Positions 20,764-31,138 of a stretch of 64,000 nucleotides of DNA are shown piece by piece (the stretch's first letter is position 1; every line of letters begins with the position of its first letter). Origin of the DNA: an uncultured Nitrososphaerota archaeon (lineage in GTDB: Archaea > Thermoproteota > Nitrososphaeria > Nitrososphaerales > CADDZS01); contig CAWCYI010000004.1 in the NCBI GenBank assembly GCA_963799845.1, positions 1,536,001 to 1,600,000 of the forward strand, written 5' to 3'. A model generated the notes under the pieces. That model had not been told where the DNA came from. It made no database searches and was given only the letters and a program-made list of their open reading frames with translations. The position numbers were made by a program, and so were the translations under genes.

Positions 20764-21134
20764 GTAATTTTCCTTCTGAGTGCATTAAACGTGCCTTCTT
20801 TCTTCGTCAGCATTATCATTGGGTAGTCCCTGCTGGTGGCAGCTGTGCTAGTCGAGCGACAATACTCGGCATAAACAGTCGTCGTGCAAAGCACGTATCC
20901 CGTTATCCACTTTGCGCGAAGTGAAAACAACTTTTCTTTTTTCGGAAGGGAATGGAGACGAGGAAAGAAGGAAGATTTGACTCTCCGACCCATCCTGCGT
21001 CATGTAAACCGTAGGGTGCATATGCGCAGACTCTCTATCATTTTTTCGTTGAGTAGAGGCTGTCATATTGGTATGGAGAATTAAAAGTCAAATTCTCTCT
21101 TCGAATATTCGCCGTTCATCCCAAGCCTGACTAG

Positions 21135-21312
21135 TTCCGCAGGAGCTTCTTCCCTTCTTTTAGCGGTTATTCCGCCAACGAGAGAGTGGAGACTCTAGCA
21201 AAGTGAGCCTGATTAGCTTTGGATGATTTGCCTCTCTTGGTGAAATTGGAAAAGGTAGCCCGCTTGTACAGTACGAACGATCTGCCAAAGCTAGCGGGCG
21301 AAGGGTGCGGAA
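21135..21312 (+). other. Highly base-paired non-coding leader of the cargo block
   Basis: TTCCGCA/TGCGGAA, CCCTTC/GAAGGG, TAGCTTTGG/CCAAAGCTA and GCCCGCT/AGCGGGC pairs. Confidence 0.45.
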
Positions 21313-21329
21313 AAAGGTGAACACAAATT

Positions 21330-21575
21330 TTGGCAACCACTAACTACATCGGAAACAACTTCCTGAATGAGGCATCTTCAAGCCTGTCCCGTGAAGAGCA
21401 AAACGAACTCGATGCTCTGGACATGGTAATCGGCCTCAGCAGGGAGGAAAAATCGTACCTCCTCTCCGTATGGAGGTCCCCTCCCACTACGCCATCACTG
21501 GTCAGAACGGAGTTTCGTCGTGCAATCAATGTTATGCACGGCAGGATAGCGGATGAAGGAAGGGAGAGCACTTAG
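21330..21575 (+). CDS. Hypothetical protein
   Basis: First ORF of the co-oriented block; GGTGA SD-like motif upstream. Confidence 0.5.
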   Translation: MATTNYIGNNFLNEASSSLSREEQNELDALDMVIGLSREEKSYLLSVWRSPPTTPSLVRTEFRRAINVMHGRIADEGREST

Positions 21576-21599
21576 CTGGCGAGGAGTTGATGGCACAGT

Positions 21600-22121
21600 A
21601 TGATGACGAAGAGTTATCTTTTCGCTGCAGTTACGTCAACGCTCTTACTACTCCTCGTGATCCCAATTCTAAACGATCTATCGTTGGTTCCCACCGAAAT
21701 TGCATCAATTGTAGCACTGTCCGTAATTTCGATCGCGTTTGGCGGTCTGGCAGCTGAAACGTACGTAATCGTAAAACGCAGAAAACCATCGGTAGTGCCA
21801 GGCAGCAACGCAAAGAAATATTTCATGTCTCTCTCATGTTCCCTGTTCTTCCTCGCAATAGTAGCTCCCTCGATCCGATTTGCGGCTGACTCCGCGGGAG
21901 TGGCGGATGCTGCCACCGTCGTAGTCCTTCTCGTTCTTTCTCTAGCACTTGGCGGATTAACAGCCGAGGGTTTCTTCGCCTTTTTCTCGCTAAAGACTCC
22001 AACAAAGCAAAATGTGGTGCGCGACAATGGACCTAACCTTGTAGTAGCTGAGAAGAGAAAGCAATCAAGAGGAACAGAGTGGATCTTCCCAAAACACTTT
22101 GGATTCCCCCTCGGATGGTAA
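21600..22121 (+). CDS. 4-TM membrane protein with internal duplication
   Basis: SIAFGGLAAE and SLALGGLTAE halves. Confidence 0.65.
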   Translation: MMTKSYLFAAVTSTLLLLLVIPILNDLSLVPTEIASIVALSVISIAFGGLAAETYVIVKRRKPSVVPGSNAKKYFMSLSCSLFFLAIVAPSIRFAADSAGVADAATVVVLLVLSLALGGLTAEGFFAFFSLKTPTKQNVVRDNGPNLVVAEKRKQSRGTEWIFPKHFGFPLGW

Positions 22122-22404
22122 GGAGAAATTCGATGTTGCCCGCTACATTGACTCTCGGTTCGAAACCTTGGATGTAACACTGGAGACAAGGATGCAGGAA
22201 TTGAAGCTGTTGCTGGGTGCGATTCCTGAAAGTGAGAGAGAGCGTTCGCCTAACGGAGAGACCAAATCGAAGGTGGAGAGCTCAAGCACATCTGCCTCCA
22301 CTAAGGCAGTGCAAGTGAAGCCTCACCAGACTCAGCAGGCAGCTCCGGAGAAAGATCAGGTCGTGGATGTCCTGCTTGGCCAAGCGAAGGCTGGTGGAAA
22401 ATAA
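22099..22404 (+). CDS. Hypothetical protein
   Basis: Overlaps neighbours in an operon-like chain. Confidence 0.55.
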   Translation: MDSPSDGKEKFDVARYIDSRFETLDVTLETRMQELKLLLGAIPESERERSPNGETKSKVESSSTSASTKAVQVKPHQTQQAAPEKDQVVDVLLGQAKAGGK

Positions 22405-22405
22405 A

Positions 22406-23806
22406 ATGCAAGCCACAACGTCTACGTTCATCCGGAGAAATTCTTCCTCCAACGTCTCGCCCGCCAATCATGTCGGACCAATAAGCGTCCCGCGGCCTCT
22501 TTTTGGAAAACTAGTAGATTTCCTTGAAGACAGGTGGGGGACCAAAGTGATAAGGAGGAAGAATGCGTTCTACTGTGCGGCTCAGCAAGAACAGCCTATT
22601 GCATGGCTCAACTCCCAAGAAACGGTAACTATCTTTCTTATAGATCGTGCAAGCGGCAGGCGTAACGCTACTCGAATCAGGATAGAGGACATCCAGCTTC
22701 CGACGCCAATAAGAGTCGAGTACTCAACCTACCAAAGCCTGATTTGTCATCTCATCAGAATATCGGGTGGCGGTGTGGTTAGGTGGTTCAACAAGTTCTA
22801 CTCGACTGGAACCGGGAGCGTTCTTGCCGAGCTCGTTTCTTCAGAGAGAGTCAAGATCTTCGAGACACAAGGGCTGTTCGGGGTTTCAAAGGATCTCGAA
22901 CTCAATAGGCATGCCGCGATAGAAGTACCTAAAGATCAGTACATCCGTCTCCTCAATTTTCTGGAGCAGGAAAAAGGAGAAGAAGTAGCTAGGATCGGAA
23001 ATATCTTCTATCCAAAAGAGTCAGGCGACTTCTTGAGAACCGTCCTGAAATCTCCTGCGACAGTTGATCGGGACAATGCGCGTCTCTTCGAATCCGAAGT
23101 TCTCGCAGAACTAGTTTCCCAAGAGACTGTCAGACTGCGCGACGGCACGACGAAGAGAATCTCCGACCTAGCCCTAAAGAACAGGGTTTACCGGAAGCAC
23201 GTCTACTTCTGCGCATCCTGCCAGTCTTTCATACGCCAACCCTACAGGGCCACGACTCATGAGACGGAATCTGGAAAGCATGCGCTGGCATACGTCAGCT
23301 CCTATCTCTTCGTTGTAGCCGAGAGAAGGAGACAGACATCGCAGAAAGAAACGCGAAAGTTCCCCGAGATAGTGTACAGATTCTGGGGAATCGAAAGAGG
23401 AAAAGTTGCGGACAAACGAAGAAGGTCAAGGAGGCAGTCGCCGATAATCAGCATTCCGACAGCAGCGACATCCTCAACAGCATTCAAATCAAGACCCGTT
23501 CCTCTTACCATTCTGCTCTTGGCGGCCGACATTTCAGTCGATGGCCATGCCGTCACTACGGAAGAGAAAATTGAGGCGCTCCAAAGACTAGCAGAAGAGA
23601 ATGGAACTCCCGGCGTTGAACAAGAGGAAAACCCAGAGCAACAATTACTCATTGAAACGTCTCAGGAGATACCATCATTCGAAAAGACTGGACAGGCGAT
23701 TCCACTCGAAGTCCGCCACAAGCTAAGGAAAAGCAGAGAGATCCAGGTAGCGTTGCAAAGAGAGGCTGGCGAAGTCTTCGGACTTCCGGAGTTAGAAATG
23801 GTCTGA
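22406..23806 (+). CDS. Hypothetical protein with three ~50-aa repeats and a CxxC..H..H zinc finger
   Basis: Repeats ending NAFY..LNSQETVTI, NKFY..LVSSERVKI, NIFY..LVSQETVRL; CASC...THE...KH. Confidence 0.7.
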   Translation: MQATTSTFIRRNSSSNVSPANHVGPISVPRPLFGKLVDFLEDRWGTKVIRRKNAFYCAAQQEQPIAWLNSQETVTIFLIDRASGRRNATRIRIEDIQLPTPIRVEYSTYQSLICHLIRISGGGVVRWFNKFYSTGTGSVLAELVSSERVKIFETQGLFGVSKDLELNRHAAIEVPKDQYIRLLNFLEQEKGEEVARIGNIFYPKESGDFLRTVLKSPATVDRDNARLFESEVLAELVSQETVRLRDGTTKRISDLALKNRVYRKHVYFCASCQSFIRQPYRATTHETESGKHALAYVSSYLFVVAERRRQTSQKETRKFPEIVYRFWGIERGKVADKRRRSRRQSPIISIPTAATSSTAFKSRPVPLTILLLAADISVDGHAVTTEEKIEALQRLAEENGTPGVEQEENPEQQLLIETSQEIPSFEKTGQAIPLEVRHKLRKSREIQVALQREAGEVFGLPELEMV

Positions 23807-23820
23807 GGAATAGCTCCGCG

Positions 23821-23837
23821 TTCTCTCTTCTTTTTTT
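23821..23837 (+). terminator. Pyrimidine/T-tract terminator
   Basis: TTCTCTCTTCTTTTTTT directly after the stop at 23806. Confidence 0.45.
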
Positions 23838-24087
23838 GAAAAGGCAACACGAGTCCTTACCGGGAGCAACTGCGGATCACCTTCAGGGATCATTAAGGCA
23901 CGAATTTCGCAACACGGGGGCGAAACCGCATATGAGTCAAGAAATACTGAACGCTCTAAAAGAAAAGAAGAAGCAAACAAAGTTCCAGAATAAGAAAATC
24001 GTGAGCGACTAGCGTACAAGCATGGCGCAGCTCACAGAACTATCCGTCGTATTTTGAATTTCCTAACTCGGAGGGAAATCATACTCT

Positions 24088-24699
24088 ATGCTCCAAAGCA
24101 AGTTTTCTCGTGCTGTCGTATCAAAAGACAGACAACGGCTGGAGGGATCTGATGGGGATGAAGGCACTACTTCTGCTTCACTTTTGAAGATCTGGAAATC
24201 GCTGGACAGGAAGCGAAAGATGAAGGCAGGGCAAATCATGACACGCCCAACAATCCTGCCAAGAGGCGATGATGGCGATCTCATCCCAACTTGGGCCTTT
24301 GTAGAACTCCAAAGGCAGAAAGAAAGAGACGCCCAGTGCGCAGTTCTGAACAAGGAGGAGCGTGACGGCAAAGATCAGGCCTCGGATCTGGAAGTCGCTC
24401 TCTACCTAATGTGTGGTTCCTTGGAGGGACCAATTACGGAACAGGCGTGCAGGATCTACTTCCACGCAGTCTCGAAGATAGGCAGCTCATTGAAAGAGGC
24501 GATGAAGTCGTCAGGAATAGGGGTTGGATCGCTCGACGAATACGATTTGTCAGAACTAGGTGCATTCAAGAGGAGGATTAGAAAACAGCAGATAGGAGCG
24601 AAGAACAAGACCAAGATCCTCGCATTCATCAGAATGTTGGATGGAACAATCGTTGAGCTGGAGAACTTCGATCTCCTTTGTGCTGAGAGACAGATCTAG
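24088..24699 (+). CDS. Hypothetical plasmid/ICE-type protein
   Basis: ASDLEVALYLMCGSLEGP..RIYF motif; start may be internal. Confidence 0.6.
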   Translation: MLQSKFSRAVVSKDRQRLEGSDGDEGTTSASLLKIWKSLDRKRKMKAGQIMTRPTILPRGDDGDLIPTWAFVELQRQKERDAQCAVLNKEERDGKDQASDLEVALYLMCGSLEGPITEQACRIYFHAVSKIGSSLKEAMKSSGIGVGSLDEYDLSELGAFKRRIRKQQIGAKNKTKILAFIRMLDGTIVELENFDLLCAERQI

Positions 24700-24705
24700 G
24701 GAAGG

Positions 24706-25059
24706 TTGTTTGCTTTGATCGACCTGGAGAAAATGATCAGCGAAAAAGGGGAGGACTGGATTATAGGAGCTCTCGTTTATGGTTCGATAGGCTACTACAG
24801 CCCGCACTCTGCAAAGATTCACCTGGACAGGTTGAGGAAGCATAAGCTCGCCTCTAACGAGAGGCTAGATGCCTGTTTCGCAGGAGATTCATCGAGGGAG
24901 CTGGAACATGACACGAGAAACTTCTCTTCCTGGGAAGCGATGCACCCTGATAAAGCGTCAGCGCTAATTGATTTCGTGAAGAAAACAAAGCAAGTAACTG
25001 ACTTCGTCTTTAACGCAGGGTTCAGCTCAGCCGCTCCCACAAGCAGTCTTTTGCTCTAA
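24706..25059 (+). CDS. Hypothetical protein
   Basis: Co-oriented ORF 6 nt after the previous stop. Confidence 0.55.
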   Translation: MFALIDLEKMISEKGEDWIIGALVYGSIGYYSPHSAKIHLDRLRKHKLASNERLDACFAGDSSRELEHDTRNFSSWEAMHPDKASALIDFVKKTKQVTDFVFNAGFSSAAPTSSLLL

Positions 25060-25115
25060 AGGGACTTTGCCTTGCTTTCATTCTTTCTTTACTTCTCAGG
25101 AGGTTTTCTCAAACC

Positions 25116-27631
25116 TTGACACCTCAGGAATCAACAAGCGTCGAGCATGAAGACGGAGGCAATGAGGACATCATCAAGGTTCGTCTGAAGGACGAAGCCG
25201 TCATAAAGTATCTTAGCGAAGGGATTTACACGAGCTGGAAGTCTGCCCTAAGGGAGACTCTTTGCAAACGAACTGACAGCCGCATTGACGGCAGTGGAAA
25301 TGGTCAGATCTCAGGAAGAAGAGAATCCGCGGATAGAAATAACCCTCAACCCAGATAGGAGAGAACTGATAATTCAGGGAATACACAGTCTTGGAATCTC
25401 GAAGGATACGTTTGCCGAGAAGGTAATCTACTACGGACGATCAGGAAATGTATCATCCAAGAGGCCTGGGCGATTCGGTTTCGGTCTGAAGTCTTATCCG
25501 GCCTTAGGCAAAAGCATAACGCTGGAAACATATGCGCTCGAAACCGAGGATAGATACGGCGTTACCGGAAGTGAGGGGACGCACTTCAAGAGGATTCCTG
25601 AAGAACAACTCACAGTCTCTGAGCATGGAACGAAAGTATCCATCATCCTGAAGAATGATGTATGTGAAGAAGAAAGTGAGCAAACGTATTGTGGATCCCG
25701 CTCAGGCTACGCCGATAGTACGGTTAGACGCAAAATCATCGAGCTTGATGAGCTGAATCGAAACGATTGAAAATGTCTGTCGGTTTTCGGACATCGACAC
25801 ATACCTCACAATCACTTCAGACTGCAAGATCACGAAGCATTCATCATATTCGAGTTACTCATACGAATCCACAATCAAAAGCCAGACGAGGAAGAAGATC
25901 AACTTCACACCGAGGGAGTACGCGGCGACTAGGATAGCAAAAGGGAACCAGCGTTCTTCGGAACACTTCGAATTCGAGCTCGACGACCCAGATTTCTACT
26001 TCTTCGGTGTGCTCGCAACATCAGGCAGAGATGAAAACGGGGTTGATGTAAACTCGGAGAATGGCGAGGTGCGGCTGCTGAAGATGCCGATTGAAGCAAC
26101 CATTCCAAAGGAGGACTCTAACCGCGTCATAAAGGAAGTGAAGCCGGAATATCCGATGACATTCTGGTTTGTAAATCTCAAGGACGAGGTCAAATTCGCC
26201 CCGACCCCAGATAGAGAGAGGCTGAGGGAAGGAGTCTACTATGAGGTTCACAAGAAGATAGTCGAGTTTCTCAAAGGCAAGTTTGCCGAGATGGAGATCA
26301 AATCATTCTCAGACTACCGGGACTCAAAGTACAAGCCTATTCTAAACTCGCATTCCGACCGCCATCTGCAGGAATTTTTCACGGAGCCGACAAGACAAAT
26401 CTGTTCAGTACTTGATACTGAGGTAATCGTAGCAAGCGAAGAAGGTAGCGATCAATCCTCCCGGCACTGGCGCCGCCACTCTTACAATCCCAGATTGCGC
26501 GAGCTTGTTGCGAAAACTGAGAATATCTTCATGCTGCAAAGAGAGCTCACCAGCACAGGAAAGGGGTTTGTCCTGCCGAAGAAGACCGCCCTTAATCTTC
26601 AGAAAGTGATCCAGGTGAAATATCCCGACGCTGTCGTTTTCCTGTATCCTGGGAGCTACCCGTCTTGGCGACTAAATGAAACGCTGCCCCAAATCCTTGA
26701 ACTTGGAAGAAAACTCAGTGTCCAGTTTTCAGTACGGGAAGCCAAAACAGAAGCTGCCATCCTGAAGCAGGAGCTCGGAGATGACTGGCGCAAAATCGCT
26801 GGCGTGAAAATCAAGGAAAAGACACCGAAAAAAGAAAGAGAGGTCGTCGTATGGAAGTGCGCCCGCGAGTACGGTTCTTCGATCGTAGATCCTATTCGGG
26901 TCAAGCCATCAAAGATTGAGAGCAACACCGTGAGAATCACGGGAAACATGAAGGAATGGATTGACTTGCTCAAGAGGTACTCGGTCAGAGACTACGGAAT
27001 CACTAAGGAGACCAGAGGATTGTCCCACGGAATGAGCGAGGAAGAGTTCAGAGGTCGTCTGTCAAAGAAAAGTGTAGCGACAGAGAATGGGCTAAAGATG
27101 GCTCTTCGAGAAGTCGAAAATTCGATCGACGATGGAGAGATCAAACAAGTCAATGTGCTACGTTTCAATGATCCTGACATATTGAAGTTCTACAAGCACA
27201 AAGACTCGAGGATGATTTGCGCGACAACAGACAAAGAAACATTCGAAGTAGTTGCATATCTGAAACTATCAAACATTGATTTCAAAGCGACAGATGTTGT
27301 GAGAACGAAAGATCTGAAACTTGAGCTAATGAAGTGCTGCGGGGAAATTAAGGAAACAGGGAACAACGAGAAGTCAATTTTCTCTCTCGTGAGCTCTGCT
27401 GAAAATAATGAAGAAGAAGAGGAGAGTTGGAATTCGTGCACGGATGCTGCCAACTACTTGTTCATGGCGGTCTCAATGATAAACAAGAAGAGCGAGGATG
27501 GTCCGATCGGCTCTCTCGACAGTATCGAAATGAAGAAGAAGCTCGTATCGTTGCTCTGGGATTCTCTTTCGAATCTCTACGATATCGAAAAAATGAGACT
27601 AATGGTTCGAACTGCAGTGAAGTATGCGTAG
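25116..27631 (+). CDS. GHKL (HSP90/rIIA-like) ATPase protein 1, ~840 aa, frameshifts near 25257 and 25756
   Basis: LSEGIY..ALRE(L)FANE, GRFGFGLKS, HGTKV, PTPDRERL. Removing single bases restores colinearity with the paralogue at 28040. Confidence 0.78.
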
Positions 27632-27698
27632 TTGGGCAGAAGCTTGTTCTGAAATCGATGTAGGCTCTTATTGAATTTTTTCAGGAGATGATCGATGC

Positions 27699-28043
27699 TT
27701 GAAGCTAGTGGTGACCAGGCAACTCCAGTGGCCCGATGGAAAAAGAGTTGTCGAAGTTTCGATCGGAGGAATCGACTATACGAACCCAGATGCGCTGGTA
27801 CCGAAGTACGAGGGCGAGTTTGTGGAGTACGATGATCCAATAGAAGCTGTGGAAACTGCGATTAGAATCTGCAGGAAGTGGAGGGAGGATGGTCACAAGG
27901 ATGCAAAAGTCGGCTTTGGTTCTACCGGCGGTTTCACTGCTCCATTTGAGGATTGTACTTTCAAAGAGGCTCGTGGTTGGGCACGGAAGTTGCGATCTTC
28001 CAATGAAAGAAGAGTAATCGACGAGGAGCCTGATCAAATTTGA
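27699..28043 (+). CDS. Hypothetical protein
   Basis: 114 aa; overlaps the next start. Confidence 0.65.
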   Translation: MKLVVTRQLQWPDGKRVVEVSIGGIDYTNPDALVPKYEGEFVEYDDPIEAVETAIRICRKWREDGHKDAKVGFGSTGGFTAPFEDCTFKEARGWARKLRSSNERRVIDEEPDQI

Positions 28044-30188
28044 CTACGATCGCAGTCAGTTCAGACAAAATCTCAGGGCTCGAAGATGATCAAGGAATCA
28101 TCAAGGCAAGGCTCGAAGAAGGCGTCGTGAGAGAACGGTTAAGCAGGGGCATTTACAGCAATCCAAACTCGGGATTCAGAGAGCTGTACGCAAACGAGGT
28201 ACGTGCGTGCAGAAGGGCCATTGCTCTTTATCCTCAGATCAACAAACGCAAGCCAAGGATAAGCGTCTTTCTCGACTACTCCAATCGTAACCTAGTCATT
28301 CATGGCGTAAACAGCCTCGGGATACCTCTTCATAGGTTCAAAGAAGTTCTCGCCGTCCTAGGAGAGACGGACAATGATTCGGGAAACGAGGTGGGGCAGT
28401 TTGGAATGGGCCACCTTTCTTTTCGCGCTCTCTCAGACAACATCCTTTTCGAGTCGTATAGCTTGGAGACCGGAGAGAGGTACTCCTATCTCGGCAATGG
28501 AGAGGTGTACGAAAAGCTTCCGGACCCCAAGGGGCTCGCATCAACGGGAACCAGAGTGACTGTCACACTCCGCGATCAAGGGCAGATGGACAAACTCGAA
28601 CAGTACGCGCGGTCAGTGTGTGCCTATTCAGATGTAGATACGTTTCTAACTGTTCTTGACGAGGACGGCAATGCGATCAAGGAAGCAGAACAGGTCAACA
28701 CACTTTCTGATCTCGGCAAGTTATCATCGAATTTCTTTGGAATTCCGATCGAGATTGAAGATGAAAATTTCTACATTTCCGGAACGGTTGCAAGCAAAGA
28801 AACTACTCGTTCGTCTCCAATAATCTTACTTATACGGATCCCAATACAGGCAGTGATCCTCGAAAGGTCTCTAGGACTCTTCAGCAAGTGTGTCCTCAAC
28901 ATCAAAGACGAGAGAAGGTACAAGCCAGCCGCAGACAGAGAGAGGCTGACAGACGAAGCTCAAACTCTGCTATTGCAGAAAATCAAATCGAGACTGAAGG
29001 AAGAACTGGCCCGAAAGCTCGACATAAGGACTCTGGACGATTTCAGGAATTCTCCATGCTCCACATTCTACTACAGGGACATTCACGACGCTCAACTGAG
29101 AGAGTTCTACCAGCCGTCGAACGAGACAAAGGAAATCTCAGAAATAATCAATTTACAGGTCAAGAGAAACGGCGACTCTGAATCTGTCAAGCTCGGAAAT
29201 CTCATCCAGCAGTCAAAGAGCCTCTTCTTTTGCAACAGCGTTGCGAAAGAGTACGAACATGTTTTTCAAAAAGAATACGCGGATGCAATCGTGATCAAGT
29301 TTGCTTCAAGATGGCAGCGACAAAACATCAAAGGCGATCTTCTTCGAAAGTATGGAATAAGGACCGATACAGAAGAAGAATTCCAAAGGATCAAATCAAA
29401 GCTTGGAAAAGAGTGGAGAGTGGGACTTGAACCCGAACCCCACAACGAACCAGACGCTCCGTATTACATAACGACTCATGAATCGTGGACAGTTTCGGTC
29501 GAGCGCCACGGAAGCACTTACCACTACCTTTCTGAAAGAGCAAACTCTGAGTACAGGACTTCTTGGCTTGGCAAAGAGAAAGTAATCTTCATTGAAGATG
29601 AGCTTTCCAAGTATCTTGATGTCCTAGCTGAGGTTGACTGCTCGTACAAGCTCACCAAGGCCAGTCCAAGGGGAATACCAAACGCTCTGACTCTAGAGAA
29701 GTTCATTGCGAAGATAAGTGCAACGCAGGTACAGACAAGCGAGGGTAGGATGACCTTCTCACAGGTCAGTGACAGTGGAAAGTCAGTAGAGATTCTCGTG
29801 TACGACGATCCAAGATTTGCACAAGTGTGCAAGCCAGATGCAGGAATATTCGTACCATTGGAAGCGGATGAAGCCTTTGAACTGGCGGTATTATGTACTT
29901 ACTTCGGAATATGCTGCAGGATACTCTTGGTCGCGCGAGAGGACGAGTTCTATAAAATAGCTGGAAGAAGCAGGTCGAGCTACTTCAACAAATCATGGGA
30001 AGGAAGGGAGAGCTGACGAGCCAGACAAGATGTGCGTCGCAAACTGTGCCTTCCACGTCGCCTCCGCGGTCGGGGACAAAGACCTCGTGGAGATGTATCT
30101 ATCCGCAATGGAAGGAGAATCGAATGCGGCAAAAGCCAGAGATTACAGAGATTTCCTGATCTCAATGTGGGAGAAGAATCCAAGCTAA
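28040..30188 (+). CDS. GHKL (HSP90/rIIA-like) ATPase protein 2, frameshift near 30005
   Basis: LSRGIY..FRELYANE, GQFGMGHLS, TGTRV, PAADRERL. Alternative-frame tail ANCAFHVASAV...WEKNPS* matches the paralogue tail. Confidence 0.8.
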
Positions 30189-30228
30189 ACAACAAGGATT
30201 GGGCGAAAATAAATGAGGGTCGATTGTA

Positions 30229-30567
30229 TTGAAACTTCTTAGAGAATTGAAAGACAAATACGTGATTGTCGCTGAAAATGGATCGCCCACAACCGTAGCA
30301 AAAACGCCCTACAATGTTCTAAAGTACGGATACATGGAAGGGAAGCCGATCCACGCTAAATCAGCAGACAAGTACTCGGTGGATGAAAGCAGCGAAGCGG
30401 AAAGCGACGAAGCGCTCATCATTACGTCGCCCGACGGCGTCGGAGTTCCTTTACTTTTAGGGAAATTCGAACTAGCTCTTAATCTGCTTAATGGCGAACC
30501 AATTGGAGAGATCTGGAAGAAGAACTACGATCTTGTACTCAAGAAACTCGATGTGAAGAACGATTGA
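30229..30567 (+). CDS. Hypothetical protein
   Basis: 112-aa co-oriented ORF. Confidence 0.6.
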   Translation: MKLLRELKDKYVIVAENGSPTTVAKTPYNVLKYGYMEGKPIHAKSADKYSVDESSEAESDEALIITSPDGVGVPLLLGKFELALNLLNGEPIGEIWKKNYDLVLKKLDVKND

Positions 30568-30597
30568 TTTTGCCCGAAAAGTCATGGTGTTAGAATT

Positions 30598-31020
30598 ATG
30601 AAAACAAAAACAAAGCTGGACGACTTCCTGAGCGAATTAGCATTGCATGTTACGACGTGTGGCATCCTAACACTGGCTTCTAATGATGGCGTACAAAGTT
30701 GGGATGTGCAACGCGTCAAAGGAGGACTTGTTTTCGGAATAGATTCCGCACAGAACGTACTATTTCGCGCGAAGCTCTACGGGCTTCTGGCTTCAGAAGG
30801 GGTCGGAGCGATCTTACGGACGTTCACTGACCATAGAGATGAGATAACAGGACTACCGATAAAGGAGGTCAGAAGCTATTTTGTCAGAAGAAATGGCATT
30901 GAAGTCGAGTGGAAGCAGTTTTCGGCTCAAGAAACGGAGGAAGCAAGCGGCACCGATGCTGAAAGCGGGAAAATCATTCCGAGGGAAAGGGCAGTAGTCT
31001 TCTGCGGTCCTGGAGAATGA
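30598..31020 (+). CDS. Hypothetical protein
   Basis: 140-aa co-oriented ORF. Confidence 0.6.
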   Translation: MKTKTKLDDFLSELALHVTTCGILTLASNDGVQSWDVQRVKGGLVFGIDSAQNVLFRAKLYGLLASEGVGAILRTFTDHRDEITGLPIKEVRSYFVRRNGIEVEWKQFSAQETEEASGTDAESGKIIPRERAVVFCGPGE

Positions 31021-31138
31021 GGTCCGAAGGGAAGGAAAGGATGCGACAGCCAGCGAATTGTCGCCCTTGATCAGATGAATGAAGTACTCCGCATCTGGAA
31101 GCTTGCAGTCTAATTTCGGTCGGTAGCAATGGAGTGAT

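Noticed and set aside
23862-23896. Similarity to the 16S rRNA 3' end (GGATCACCT)
   Set aside because: Short match only; no flanking rRNA sequence.
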